Of a stretch of DNA of 64,000 bases, positions 37,799 through 47,155 are shown piece by piece. The position numbers and the translations under genes were made by a program. Source of the stretch: an uncultured Pseudomonadota bacterium (GTDB taxonomy: Bacteria; Myxococcota_A; UBA796; CAJQPC01); NCBI GenBank assembly GCA_913060515.1, contig CAJXRZ010000022.1, positions 10,442-74,441 on the forward strand, given 5' to 3'. The notes beneath the pieces are model-generated. The model was not told the DNA's origin. It did no database searches and saw only the letters and a program-made list of their open reading frames with translations. The stretch's first letter is position 1. Each line of letters starts with the position of its first letter.

Positions 37799-39148
37799 CT
37801 ACTGCAGGCCCATCTGCAGAGCCCAGTTCTCACTGAAGGGCACCTCGACCAGGGCGCTGAATCCCGGAAAGGCTGGATGGGTGCGCACGATGAGCACCCA
37901 GCCCAGCGCCACGATGGGGTAGACCCAGCGGGGCAGCGGCTTCTTGGGGGCCAGAGAGGCCAGCCCGAGGATGCAGAGGTAGGCCCCTTCAAAGAAGACC
38001 TCCGGTGTGGCCAGGCGCCAGAGTCCCGGAAGCAATCGAAGCCCCATGTAGATGGGGTTCCAGACCCCAAGAGGCTTTGGGCCCAGGGCCAGGAGCGTGA
38101 GAACCAGGGCCAGGGCCCCGAGGGCTTGTACGGTGCCATGGCGTCGATCTCGCCAGAGGACATAGAGGGCGGCTCCCACCCAGGGCAGGTTCACGGCACG
38201 CCAGATCTCCAGACGGTTCCACTGCAGGGGCCACAGACTCAGGGTGTCCAGCATGGCGCGCTCGTAGAGGAAGGCCTCTGGGTCTGCCATCTTGCCGGTG
38301 GTGCCCTCTAGGAGCATGGACTGGTAGATGCCCAAGGGGAGGATGAGCAAGGCGCTGCCGAGGATGGCCACGGCCAGGTACTTGGTGGGGGACTGGCCTC
38401 GTTGGCGGAGCGCGGTGCCGATGAGCAGCAGGCCGGCAGCGACCCCAGCGACCAGAGCCAGGTAGAGGTTGTCCAGAGCCATCAAGAGAAAGAGGAAGGG
38501 GGCCACAAAGCGCCACCTCCCGCCCTCTTTGGCCACCTTCACCAGCGACCACGCGTACAGCGCCATCAGCGCCACCGAGGTCTTCTCAATGGTGTGCCAG
38601 TTCAGGTCGCGAAAGACGTGCAGGCCCATGCCGAAGGGCATCGCGATGATCACCGCCGTGCGCCAGCTCCCACAGAGCTCCTTGAGCAGCAGCGCGGCAC
38701 AGAACCACCCCAGGGCAGGCCAGAGCAGGGCTTGGACGTTCAGGGCGCCGTAGCCGTGCAGGAAGAGATCGAAGAACTCGGTCACCCAGTGATGGCCGGC
38801 GTGCACGCCGATGAGCTTGACGGCTGGGTCATGCAGCGCATCGACGGGATTCAGGTAGAGGCTCTTGTGCACACCGCGCAGGTAGAACTGCAGCTGCCCG
38901 TTCTTGTCTGGAGTCGGGAAGCTGCCGTAGACCGTCTCGTTGAGAAAGGCGCCCAAGGGGGCGGTGAGCAGCACCACCTGGCCCAGCACGAAGGCGCCAG
39001 CGCGAGCGGCCGTTGGCAGCCTGGGGACCAGGGCCAGGGCACTGAGGCAAAGGGCAGCAACAAGGCAGGCAAGGTAGGCCGGCCACTCCTGACTCAGGGT
39101 GAGCACAAGCTCAAGTTGCTTGGGGTCAGGTGGGGGGCCGTAGAGCAC
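37799..39148 (-). CDS. polytopic membrane protein, possible GT-C glycosyltransferase
   Basis: About 11-12 TM segments with an early extracytoplasmic loop containing Asp. Confidence 0.55.
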   Translation of the reverse strand: MLYGPPPDPKQLELVLTLSQEWPAYLACLVAALCLSALALVPRLPTAARAGAFVLGQVVLLTAPLGAFLNETVYGSFPTPDKNGQLQFYLRGVHKSLYLNPVDALHDPAVKLIGVHAGHHWVTEFFDLFLHGYGALNVQALLWPALGWFCAALLLKELCGSWRTAVIIAMPFGMGLHVFRDLNWHTIEKTSVALMALYAWSLVKVAKEGGRWRFVAPFLFLLMALDNLYLALVAGVAAGLLLIGTALRQRGQSPTKYLAVAILGSALLILPLGIYQSMLLEGTTGKMADPEAFLYERAMLDTLSLWPLQWNRLEIWRAVNLPWVGAALYVLWRDRRHGTVQALGALALVLTLLALGPKPLGVWNPIYMGLRLLPGLWRLATPEVFFEGAYLCILGLASLAPKKPLPRWVYPIVALGWVLIVRTHPAFPGFSALVEVPFSENWALQMGLQ

Positions 39149-39168
39149 TCCTGGCAGAATAGCGCTCC

Positions 39169-40236
39169 ATGGACAACCAAGCCCTGTTGAGCTGGTATCG
39201 CGGGGTCGCCAGAGCGCTTCCCTGGCGTGCCAAGCCCCCGAATCCCTACGGCATCCTTCTCTCTGAGATCATGGCCCAGCAGACGCGCATCGAGACGATG
39301 TTGCCCTATTGGGAGCGCTTCATGGCGCGCTGGCCCCGGGTGGAAGACCTGGCTGCCGCCGAAGGGGAAGCGGTGCTCGGGGAGTGGGCTGGCCTGGGCT
39401 ACTACAGCCGGGCGCGCAACCTGCACAAGGCCGCCAAAGTGGTCGCTGAGCTCGGGCGCTTTCCCGACACGGTCGAGGATCTGCGCGCTCTCCCGGGAGT
39501 CGGTCCCTACACCGCCGGGGCCATCGCTTCCATCGCCTTCGACCGGGACGCGGCGCTCGTGGATGGCAATGTAGAGCGGGTGCTCTGCCGCTTCCACCGC
39601 ATCGAGGAGGACCCGCGTACACCCAAGGTCAAGCGCCGGCTCTGGGCCCTCGCTGAGTCCCACATCCCCAAAGGGGAGGCCGGCGACCACAACCAGGCGC
39701 TGATGGAGCTGGGTGCGACGCTCTGCACGCCGAAGAATCCGCGCTGCGATGTGTGCCCGCTGAAGTCGGGGTGTTCAGGGCAGCAGATCGCCGCGAGCCT
39801 GCCGAACAAGCCCCGCAAGCAGAAGGCACCCGAAGTGCGCGCGGCCTGTTTGGTGTTGGAGAGGGAGGGCAGCATTCTTCTCTGTCGCAGACCGGAGTCT
39901 GGACTCCTGGGGGGACTCTGGGAGCTGCCAGCGGTCGACCTGGACCCCGCCGACAAGGCCAGTGAGACCTCGCTTGTGGTGCTGGGTCTCAAGGAGCGCC
40001 TGGGGCTGGATGTTCAGCTTGAGCGACGCCTTGGCCAAGTGCGGCACATCTTCACCCACCGAAAGCTCACCCAGAGTGTCTGGGCGGGGCAGGGGAGCGG
40101 CGAGTTGACGCTGCGCTTCTACGAGGCTGCGGCCTGGTTTGACCCAGCGGACTTGGGGGAGCTGCCCCTCTCGAAACTGGCGCGAAAGACTTTGGCTGTG
40201 CACGCATCTCCGGACGAGCAGCTCAGTCTGATTTAG
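39169..40236 (+). CDS. mutY: A/G-specific adenine glycosylase
   Basis: SEIMAQQT, WAGLGYYSRARNL, LPGVGPYTA, VDGNVERV and CTPKNPRCDVCPLKSGC 4Fe-4S motif. Confidence 0.96.
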   Translation: MDNQALLSWYRGVARALPWRAKPPNPYGILLSEIMAQQTRIETMLPYWERFMARWPRVEDLAAAEGEAVLGEWAGLGYYSRARNLHKAAKVVAELGRFPDTVEDLRALPGVGPYTAGAIASIAFDRDAALVDGNVERVLCRFHRIEEDPRTPKVKRRLWALAESHIPKGEAGDHNQALMELGATLCTPKNPRCDVCPLKSGCSGQQIAASLPNKPRKQKAPEVRAACLVLEREGSILLCRRPESGLLGGLWELPAVDLDPADKASETSLVVLGLKERLGLDVQLERRLGQVRHIFTHRKLTQSVWAGQGSGELTLRFYEAAAWFDPADLGELPLSKLARKTLAVHASPDEQLSLI

Positions 40237-40952
40237 GTCAGCAAGTCCATGGGCTTGAGCACGCCCTCCAGCCAGATCCGCGCCGCTCTGACATGCTCAG
40301 CGTTCAGGCCTTCCATGGTCACGATCACGTGCCTGGGGCCCTCGTCGTAGCGGGGGTAGCTGCCGATGGACACGCCGGGAAAGCGCTCAACGGCAAGCTC
40401 CAAGCGCTCGGCGATGTCGGTCTCGTATTCCCCGGTGACCACGCGGGCGGTGTGTAGCACTCTTCCCCTGAAGCGCTCAGCGACCGCTTCGAACTTGAGG
40501 CGCATGATCGAGGGCACGCCAGGGAAGATGTGTACGTTCTTGCAGACCACGAGGGGAAAGGTCATGCCGCCGTCCCACCAGAGCTCTGAGCCTTCTGGGA
40601 CCTGTGCCATGCGCAAGGCCGCCGAGGTCAGCTCGCCCTTGATCTTCTCGTGGAGTACCTGCTCCAAGCGGGGATGGCTCACCAGGGGCAAGTCAAAGGC
40701 CGCCGCGATGCTGCGCATGGTGATGTCATCGTGGGTTGGGCCCACGCCGCCGGTCGTGAACACGTAGTCGCAGTCGGCTGAGGAGCGCGCAGTCTCCTGG
40801 GCGATGTCTTCCACGATGTCCGAGAGAACGACCACCCGGCGCACCTTGCAGCCCAGGGCACGCAGGCGCTGGATCAGGAAGGGAGCGTTCTCGTCCGCGA
40901 ACTTTCCGGAGAGGATCTCATCGCCAATGATCAGCAGTGCTGCTTGCTTCAT
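40233..40952 (-). CDS. molybdopterin-binding / CinA N-terminal-like protein
   Basis: IIGDEILSG, TTGGVGPTHDDIT, FPGVP and IGSYP motifs. Confidence 0.9.
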   Translation of the reverse strand: MKQAALLIIGDEILSGKFADENAPFLIQRLRALGCKVRRVVVLSDIVEDIAQETARSSADCDYVFTTGGVGPTHDDITMRSIAAAFDLPLVSHPRLEQVLHEKIKGELTSAALRMAQVPEGSELWWDGGMTFPLVVCKNVHIFPGVPSIMRLKFEAVAERFRGRVLHTARVVTGEYETDIAERLELAVERFPGVSIGSYPRYDEGPRHVIVTMEGLNAEHVRAARIWLEGVLKPMDLLT

Positions 40953-41171
40953 AGGCTCAAGGTAGCCTGCGTAGACCCGGGCGGCGCATGGGCTTGTGGC
41001 ATTCACCCTTCAGGAAAGCGCTCACCATGCCGATCGCTGGGCGAAGAGAAAGGATCTAGCCGGAGCTTGCTACCCCCGTTTTTGTCGTGGGCAGGCGGCG
41101 TTTTGGCGTCTATGATGATCAAGATGAGCTTGCGCGGAACCCATCGCACTGAAAGGGGGTCCAAGTCTGAC

Positions 41172-42671
41172 ATGACGGCTCAGGAACCCCGCTCCCGCTT
41201 CGGCGGTCACGCACTGAACGTGGTCGTGCGCTTTCACGGCGCCGTCGCAGAAGACGTGCTTGTTGGTCCCAACGGCACCCTACGCCGTGGCGGACAGCTC
41301 CCTCTGTCCAAGGACGGGGCCATGGTCCTGGGTACGCCCGAGGGCCCACTGGCGGTCGTACTTCCAGAGGGACAAGACTGCTTTGGCTCACTGCGTTTGG
41401 TCTCCGGCGCCTGGCGCTTTCAGGACCAGAGCGGTGAGTTGCACGTCATCCCCGATGAGAGCAGCCTGGAGCTTGAGTTCGGCGACTTGACGCTGACCTT
41501 GCGGCCCGTGCGTCACTTCTTCCTGAGCCGCGAGCTACCCGCGGATATGATGGCCTTCGGGATGGTTGCCCTCTGCATGGTGCTGGGAGCGAGCATTCAG
41601 ATGCTGGTGAGCACACCGGCACAGACTCAGTCCGTTCAGCTGCAGGAGAGCCCAGAGCTCATCGCTCGGCTCCTGGCCCAGGACTATGAAGGGGTAGAGA
41701 ACGGCAATCCAGTCAAGGAGCCGGATTTCGCACCCCAGTACACCGACTTCTTCCTGCCAGCCGGGGACAAGGGCGACTTCGAGACCATGCATCCTGGCGC
41801 CCAAGAGCCCAAGGCTGCTCAGGACGAAGCGAACAGCCCCAAACAAAAGCTGTCCGCCCAGGAGGCGCGCTCGGAGCTCCCGGAGGCCCTGAGCGAGGCG
41901 GAGCAAGACGCTGGGCCAAAGGCCGCAGAGGAGCGCCTTCCAGACGGCGAGACCTTGGATGGCGCCGATGACAAGGCCGCCAAGGAGACTGCGAGCGAGG
42001 CCGAGGACGAAGGGTGGGGATTCAAGGACCAACTGCCAGCGGAGCAAGCCGAGGCCCAGCGGGTGGCTGAAGAGCTGGCACAAGCTGAAGAAGCGCTGAG
42101 ATTGGACCCCAACAGCCCGTGGGCATTGGCCCAGGTCGCTCGCTACCAGTACCTGAGTGAGGACATGCAGGGCGCCCGCCGCACCTACGAGCGCTACATT
42201 GAAGTCCGCCCAGAGTCTGCCAGTGGCTACAACAACTTGGGCTTGGTCTACAAGCGCCTGGGGGACTTTGAGAAGGAGGAGCAGCTCTACCGCCAAGCCC
42301 TTGGCATTGAGCCCGATGACACCGCTGCGATGAACAACTTGGCCGTGAACCTTGCCCATCAGCAGCGCTACGAAGAAGCCTTGAGCTTGATGGACCAAGT
42401 CGAGGTCCTCGAGCCCGGTCAGCCATACGCCCAGCTGCACAGGGCCAAGATCTACGCAGCCATGGACAAGCCGGAGCGGGCGCTGATCAGCCTGGACAGG
42501 GCCCTCGCTGGCATGGCAGCGCTGGACACCCTGCACCACATCGAGTTCCGTCAGGACATTCGTGTTGACCCGGCCCTGGACCCTCTGCGCGAGCGCGCGG
42601 CCTTCACGGCCCTGCTGGTTCAATACTATGGGGAAGAAGGGCGTTCTCTGGTAGGTTCTCCTCATGGGTGA
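41172..42671 (+). CDS. membrane-anchored TPR protein (beta-rich N-terminus, TM, acidic linker, TPRs)
   Basis: YNNLGLVYKRLGDFEKEEQLYRQAL TPRs; start inferred. Confidence 0.8.
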   Translation: MTAQEPRSRFGGHALNVVVRFHGAVAEDVLVGPNGTLRRGGQLPLSKDGAMVLGTPEGPLAVVLPEGQDCFGSLRLVSGAWRFQDQSGELHVIPDESSLELEFGDLTLTLRPVRHFFLSRELPADMMAFGMVALCMVLGASIQMLVSTPAQTQSVQLQESPELIARLLAQDYEGVENGNPVKEPDFAPQYTDFFLPAGDKGDFETMHPGAQEPKAAQDEANSPKQKLSAQEARSELPEALSEAEQDAGPKAAEERLPDGETLDGADDKAAKETASEAEDEGWGFKDQLPAEQAEAQRVAEELAQAEEALRLDPNSPWALAQVARYQYLSEDMQGARRTYERYIEVRPESASGYNNLGLVYKRLGDFEKEEQLYRQALGIEPDDTAAMNNLAVNLAHQQRYEEALSLMDQVEVLEPGQPYAQLHRAKIYAAMDKPERALISLDRALAGMAALDTLHHIEFRQDIRVDPALDPLRERAAFTALLVQYYGEEGRSLVGSPHG

Positions 42672-43839
42672 GCTGCAAGTCACCATTCGCTACAACGGCT
42701 TCCTGGTAGACCACCAGGTGGTCCGGGTTCGTGACGTTGTGCGGATCGGTGATTCCGCCGATGCAAAGGTGAGTTTTCCCGGGGCCTCGGTCGCGGTGCA
42801 CCGGGTCGGTGACGCGCTGGACATCCGCGGTCGGCGTCTGCTGGAAGGGGAGCGAACGGGCTTCTCTCTCGGCCAAGTGAAGGTCGAGCTGGAGCACCTG
42901 CGCCCCGTGCGCATTCCGCGGCCCAAGAACACCCCCTTGGACTTGCGCTTTTTGCTCCTGGCATTGGGCGTCACCACGGCGGGAATGTGGGTGGACCGCA
43001 TCCAGGCCACCCTGCACTCACCCCCTCCCGGAAAGGTCGCCGCTTGGGTGGAAGACACCACGCGGATCTTGCCGCTGGCTCGGGAACGAGAGCACCGCGA
43101 GCAGGTCGCGGCGGTTCGTCCCAGCGCCGAGGAAAACCTGCTTCCGACGCCGGTTGCTGCAGGAGAGGGGCGTGCTGCCACCAACGATGACCGGACCACG
43201 GGCATCGCCTACTACCGTTGGTACCGATCCATCGTGCCTTCTACGCTCGAGGCCGAGCTGGCCCGCATTCGCTTGGCGCAGGATCCAGGCAACTCGGAGC
43301 ACCGTGCCCGTGTGGCGCGCGGCGCCTACGACAACGATGACTTTGCTCAGGCCTTGGCGCACTACCAGATCCTCCTCGAGTCTGACCCGGGCAACACCCG
43401 TTGGCTTTGGGGACGCTCGCAAGCGGAGAAGCGCTTGGGCTTCCACACGCGGGAGCTGGAGAGCTACCGCCAGATCCTGGAGACCGATCCAGACAATGCC
43501 GGCGCTTGGGCCAGCGGGGCCGTGACCCTGGGCCGCATGGGTGACTTTGACGCCGCCGAGGACTGGCTCAGTCAGGCCCTTGAGCACGGAGAGGGTGCGC
43601 CCTACTTGCACCTCTACGAGGGCATGCTCTTGGCCTTGGGAGGCGAAGACAAGGCGGCCCTGGCGGCCATCGAAGACAGCGTGCGACAGCGGGAGGCGCT
43701 CTCGGCGGGGCAGCGCATCGAGCTTCGTCGAGACTTGGCCATCGATCCAGCGCTCTCCTCCTTGCGGGGCGGGACCGAGCTTCGTTCCTTGCTCTGGCGC
43801 CACTACGGCGCGGCCGCACCGCGCAAGCTGCGTCGCTGA
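42664..43839 (+). CDS. membrane-anchored TPR protein, paralog of upstream gene
   Basis: FHA-like VVRIGDSADAKV, TM, TPRs, shared C-terminal DPAL..LR motif. Confidence 0.8.
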   Translation: MGELQVTIRYNGFLVDHQVVRVRDVVRIGDSADAKVSFPGASVAVHRVGDALDIRGRRLLEGERTGFSLGQVKVELEHLRPVRIPRPKNTPLDLRFLLLALGVTTAGMWVDRIQATLHSPPPGKVAAWVEDTTRILPLAREREHREQVAAVRPSAEENLLPTPVAAGEGRAATNDDRTTGIAYYRWYRSIVPSTLEAELARIRLAQDPGNSEHRARVARGAYDNDDFAQALAHYQILLESDPGNTRWLWGRSQAEKRLGFHTRELESYRQILETDPDNAGAWASGAVTLGRMGDFDAAEDWLSQALEHGEGAPYLHLYEGMLLALGGEDKAALAAIEDSVRQREALSAGQRIELRRDLAIDPALSSLRGGTELRSLLWRHYGAAAPRKLRR

Positions 43840-43925
43840 AGCACCCGCCAACCAAGGGGCGCCGCGCGGGCAGAGCTGGAGTTGACGGCCGCCCTTGGTA
43901 GGCTGGGGCCAGCATAGGAGGCCTT

Positions 43926-44417
43926 GTGCGCACCGCAGTCGTGGCCGGCAGCTTTGACCCCATCACCAATGGGCACCTGGATGTGATTCGCCGCAGCCGG
44001 GAGCTCTTCGACCGTGTCGTCGTGGCGGCCGGACGCAACGTAAACAAGAAGCGCATGTTCAGTCTGGAGGAGCGCCTGGGCTTGATCGAAGCTGCGGTGT
44101 CCGGCATCGACGGCGTGGAGGTCGCCTCTTTCGACGGCTTGCTCGTCCAGTACTGCCAGAAGATTGGAGCGGAGGTCATCGTGCGCGGACTCAGGCCGAC
44201 CGGGGACTTTGACTTTGAGTTCCAGATTGGTCTGGCCAACATGGACCTGGCCCCACAGATCGAGACCGTCTTCCTGTTGGCTGGACCTGAGAACCTCTTC
44301 ATCTCCAGCAGCTTGGCCAAAGAGATCGCCATGCACGGTGGGGATGTCAGCCGCTACCTGCCCGCAGCGGCCCACACGGCGCTCTTGGAGCGCTTGGAAG
44401 AGTTGGCTCAGGGCTGA
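43926..44417 (+). CDS. coaD: phosphopantetheine adenylyltransferase
   Basis: GSFDPITNGHLDVI, IVRGLR and ISSSLAKEIA motifs. Confidence 0.97.
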   Translation: MRTAVVAGSFDPITNGHLDVIRRSRELFDRVVVAAGRNVNKKRMFSLEERLGLIEAAVSGIDGVEVASFDGLLVQYCQKIGAEVIVRGLRPTGDFDFEFQIGLANMDLAPQIETVFLLAGPENLFISSSLAKEIAMHGGDVSRYLPAAAHTALLERLEELAQG

Positions 44418-44448
44418 GCCACTGCCTTGGCTGACCTTTGGTTGAGCC

Positions 44449-45318
44449 TCAGCCCAGCCGTGTCGCCAGCTTCGCGCTGACCATCTGGGCGGCGTCCAAG
44501 TGCCACTCTTCAAAGGCTGCGTCGCCGAAGGGGTTGAGCAGCTCCAGGACACCGTGGGTACGCCCGGATGGGCCGCGCAGGGGGACCGCGAGCAGCGCCC
44601 GGGTTTGGTAGCCAGACTTCTCGTCGGCGTCCGAGTAGTGGCGGTTGTCCCGGCCAACCTCTCGCACCCACATGGCGGTGTTTGCGCCCAGAGAGACGCC
44701 CGCGATACCGGCGTTTGCGGGGATGCGCAGCTCAGAGACGCCCTTGGAGCGAGGGCCCTTGGCAGCGGCGAAGACGAGCTGGGAGCCCTCTGGCGTACGC
44801 AACAGCACAGCCCCGGACTCAGCGGGCACGAAGCGCATCAGCAGGGTCAACGCGGCCTCGCATGCGGTGCTGGCCATGTCGGCTTCCTGGATACCCAGGT
44901 CGGCGTCCACCAGGGCCTCCAAGCGGTCCATGCCGGCCTCGCTCGCAACCTCGAAGGCTGCCGAGGAGCGTGGGTCGGGGGCGTCGATGTGGCCCTCTAC
45001 GTCGGAGTCCACGTTCACGACGCTGTCGGCTTGAGCGACACGAACAGAGACTTCGGCCTGGGTCGTGGCCTGTCCCAAGCGCACCTGGACAGGAGACATG
45101 CCGCCATCGCCCTCTTCGAGCTCGCGGATCTCGAAGGTGGTCTCGGCGCTGGGGTCCTTGACCAAGATCGAGCCATCGGCGTTGATGTCGCAGACAACGC
45201 GGCTCAGATCGTCGTTGTCCAGGCCTTGGGCGGTCAAGCCGTGGCCCAGGGCTTCCATCCAGTTCTCGGCCTCGACGGTGGTGGCCCCAGCTGGGGTGCG
45301 GATCTCAAAGCGTGCCAT
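44449..45318 (-). CDS. GAF domain protein without output domain
   Basis: GIAGVSL, DEKSGYQTRALLAVPL and GVLELLN GAF motifs. Confidence 0.85.
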   Translation of the reverse strand: MARFEIRTPAGATTVEAENWMEALGHGLTAQGLDNDDLSRVVCDINADGSILVKDPSAETTFEIRELEEGDGGMSPVQVRLGQATTQAEVSVRVAQADSVVNVDSDVEGHIDAPDPRSSAAFEVASEAGMDRLEALVDADLGIQEADMASTACEAALTLLMRFVPAESGAVLLRTPEGSQLVFAAAKGPRSKGVSELRIPANAGIAGVSLGANTAMWVREVGRDNRHYSDADEKSGYQTRALLAVPLRGPSGRTHGVLELLNPFGDAAFEEWHLDAAQMVSAKLATRLG

Positions 45319-45388
45319 GGGGAATCCTCCAGGGCAGTTTTAGGCTGGTTGGCCCGCCTCTGCCCGCGTTGCAGGCATAGTAGCCCTT

Positions 45389-47152
45389 GTGTGGTTCTTG
45401 TGGACTAGCCTTGCCCTCGCAGGCGAGATCGATGTTTGGAGGGCGCGGGCAGCGCTGGCCGGTGGGGATCTCTACGGCACCATGTCCCATCTGGACCGGG
45501 CCCTGACGGAGGAGCCCGCAGACTGGTCGGCCCACGCCGTCTTTCGCGAAGCGCTGGCTCAGGAGCTTCCCTGGCTGCTGACGGCGGTCTACCGAGATCT
45601 CGCCCAAAGCGGGAGCCCAGAGCAGCGTCTGCTGGCCCAGCTCGCTCTTGGGGAGAGCCTGAGCCCCGCCCCGGACGTGGACCCGCTGCTTTTGGCCTTG
45701 GTGCGCGCCCAGCGCAGCCTGGATCACGGCGCAGCCGAGGCCACACTGATCGCCCTTGAGGGCGTCGAGGATGCCCGCGCTGTGCCGCTGCGCCTACAGG
45801 CCTTGGCCGAGCTTCAGCGCGCTGGGCCGCTTCGTCGTGAGGCCAGGGAGGCGCTGCGCAGCTACCCCGAGCAACCTCAGTTGAGCGCCAGCGCGCTGCG
45901 CTACGAGCCAGAGGCTTTGTTGGGCCGTGGTTTGCGCACGCAAGCCTTGAGCGCTGCCTCCGATCTGGTGGAGCAAGATGAGCCCGCGGCGGTGTATCGG
46001 GCCCACGCCCTCTACTTGAGCATGGGGGAGCGGGACCTGGCGTTGGCTGCAGCGGCTCGCTTGGAGGCCCTTGGAGAGGCGCAGGAGTTGGCGGCGCACC
46101 GGCCTTGGAGTGAGTCCATGGCCCGGGATGTCGGACGGCTGCTGGCCATGCAGCGCAGCCCGAAGCTGCCCAACGGGGCCACCCCGCAAGAGCAAGCCAG
46201 AGCCCTGGCGTGGGCTGCGCGCGAGAAGGCGCGCAAAGGGCAGCAGGCCTCGGCTCAGTCTCTCTGGGAGCAGCTTCTGGACATGCCACAGGTCCCAAGT
46301 CCGCTCTACCTGGAGGCCTTGCTGTCTTTGGAGCAGACTGGGAGGAGTCCTCAGCAGCTGCTGATCGAGGCGGAGCAGCTGCGTGTGCGCGTGGCGATGG
46401 ACCCGCTGCGTCAGCCGGACACCCTGCTTCAGGAAGCCTGGCTGCTCAGCGCGCGCAGCCACCGGCGTCTTGGCCAGTTGGAGCAAGCCCTCGCGGCCGC
46501 CGACCTGGCAGCAGCTCTGGGTGCCGGAGCCGCCGCGTTGGTTCTTCAGGGGGAGATCCTGGAGCAGCTCGGACAGGGATCTGCGGCCTTCTTCGCATAC
46601 GCCGAGGCGGCCTCGCTTGGGGCAGAAGGCCTTGAGATGCGCCTGGAGCGGGTGACCCCGGTGCCGGGCAATCCTGGGGCGGTGGTCCAAGCCATTCCAA
46701 AGACCCAGAGAGGCGAGCAGCCTCTCGCCCCCACGCATGCGCCCCAGGCCCTGAGCCAGGAGGAGGTCCAGGGCCTGGATGGCCCGCTGGCGGTGAAGGG
46801 TCAGTGGACGGTGCTGGTCTTCTGGGCGAGCTGGTGCGCTCCGTGTCACGTCGAGCTCCCGGAGGCCGACGCGATGGCCCAGCGCCTGGAGCCCCATGGG
46901 ATTCAGGTCATTGCGGTCAGCATGGATGAGCGACGCGAAGATGCCTTGAAGTACCTCTCAGTGGCCGGCCTGGAGCACATGGGACAGGCGTGGGATCCGG
47001 AGTTCGGTCGCTCGTTGGAGGTTGGTGCGTTGCCGACTACGATCGTCGTCAATCCCGATGGAATCGTGGTCCATACACTTCAGGGCTATGTAAGTGAGGA
47101 ATTGAGCCGTATAGAGCTACAGCTGATCGAAGAACACGGAACAGGAGAGTGA
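45389..47152 (+). CDS. exported helical-repeat protein with C-terminal TlpA-like thioredoxin domain
   Basis: FWASWCAPCHVELP and LPTTIVVNPDG at C-terminus; Ala/Leu-rich TPR-like N-terminus. Confidence 0.82.
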   Translation: MWFLWTSLALAGEIDVWRARAALAGGDLYGTMSHLDRALTEEPADWSAHAVFREALAQELPWLLTAVYRDLAQSGSPEQRLLAQLALGESLSPAPDVDPLLLALVRAQRSLDHGAAEATLIALEGVEDARAVPLRLQALAELQRAGPLRREAREALRSYPEQPQLSASALRYEPEALLGRGLRTQALSAASDLVEQDEPAAVYRAHALYLSMGERDLALAAAARLEALGEAQELAAHRPWSESMARDVGRLLAMQRSPKLPNGATPQEQARALAWAAREKARKGQQASAQSLWEQLLDMPQVPSPLYLEALLSLEQTGRSPQQLLIEAEQLRVRVAMDPLRQPDTLLQEAWLLSARSHRRLGQLEQALAAADLAAALGAGAAALVLQGEILEQLGQGSAAFFAYAEAASLGAEGLEMRLERVTPVPGNPGAVVQAIPKTQRGEQPLAPTHAPQALSQEEVQGLDGPLAVKGQWTVLVFWASWCAPCHVELPEADAMAQRLEPHGIQVIAVSMDERREDALKYLSVAGLEHMGQAWDPEFGRSLEVGALPTTIVVNPDGIVVHTLQGYVSEELSRIELQLIEEHGTGE

Positions 47153-47155
47153 TCG

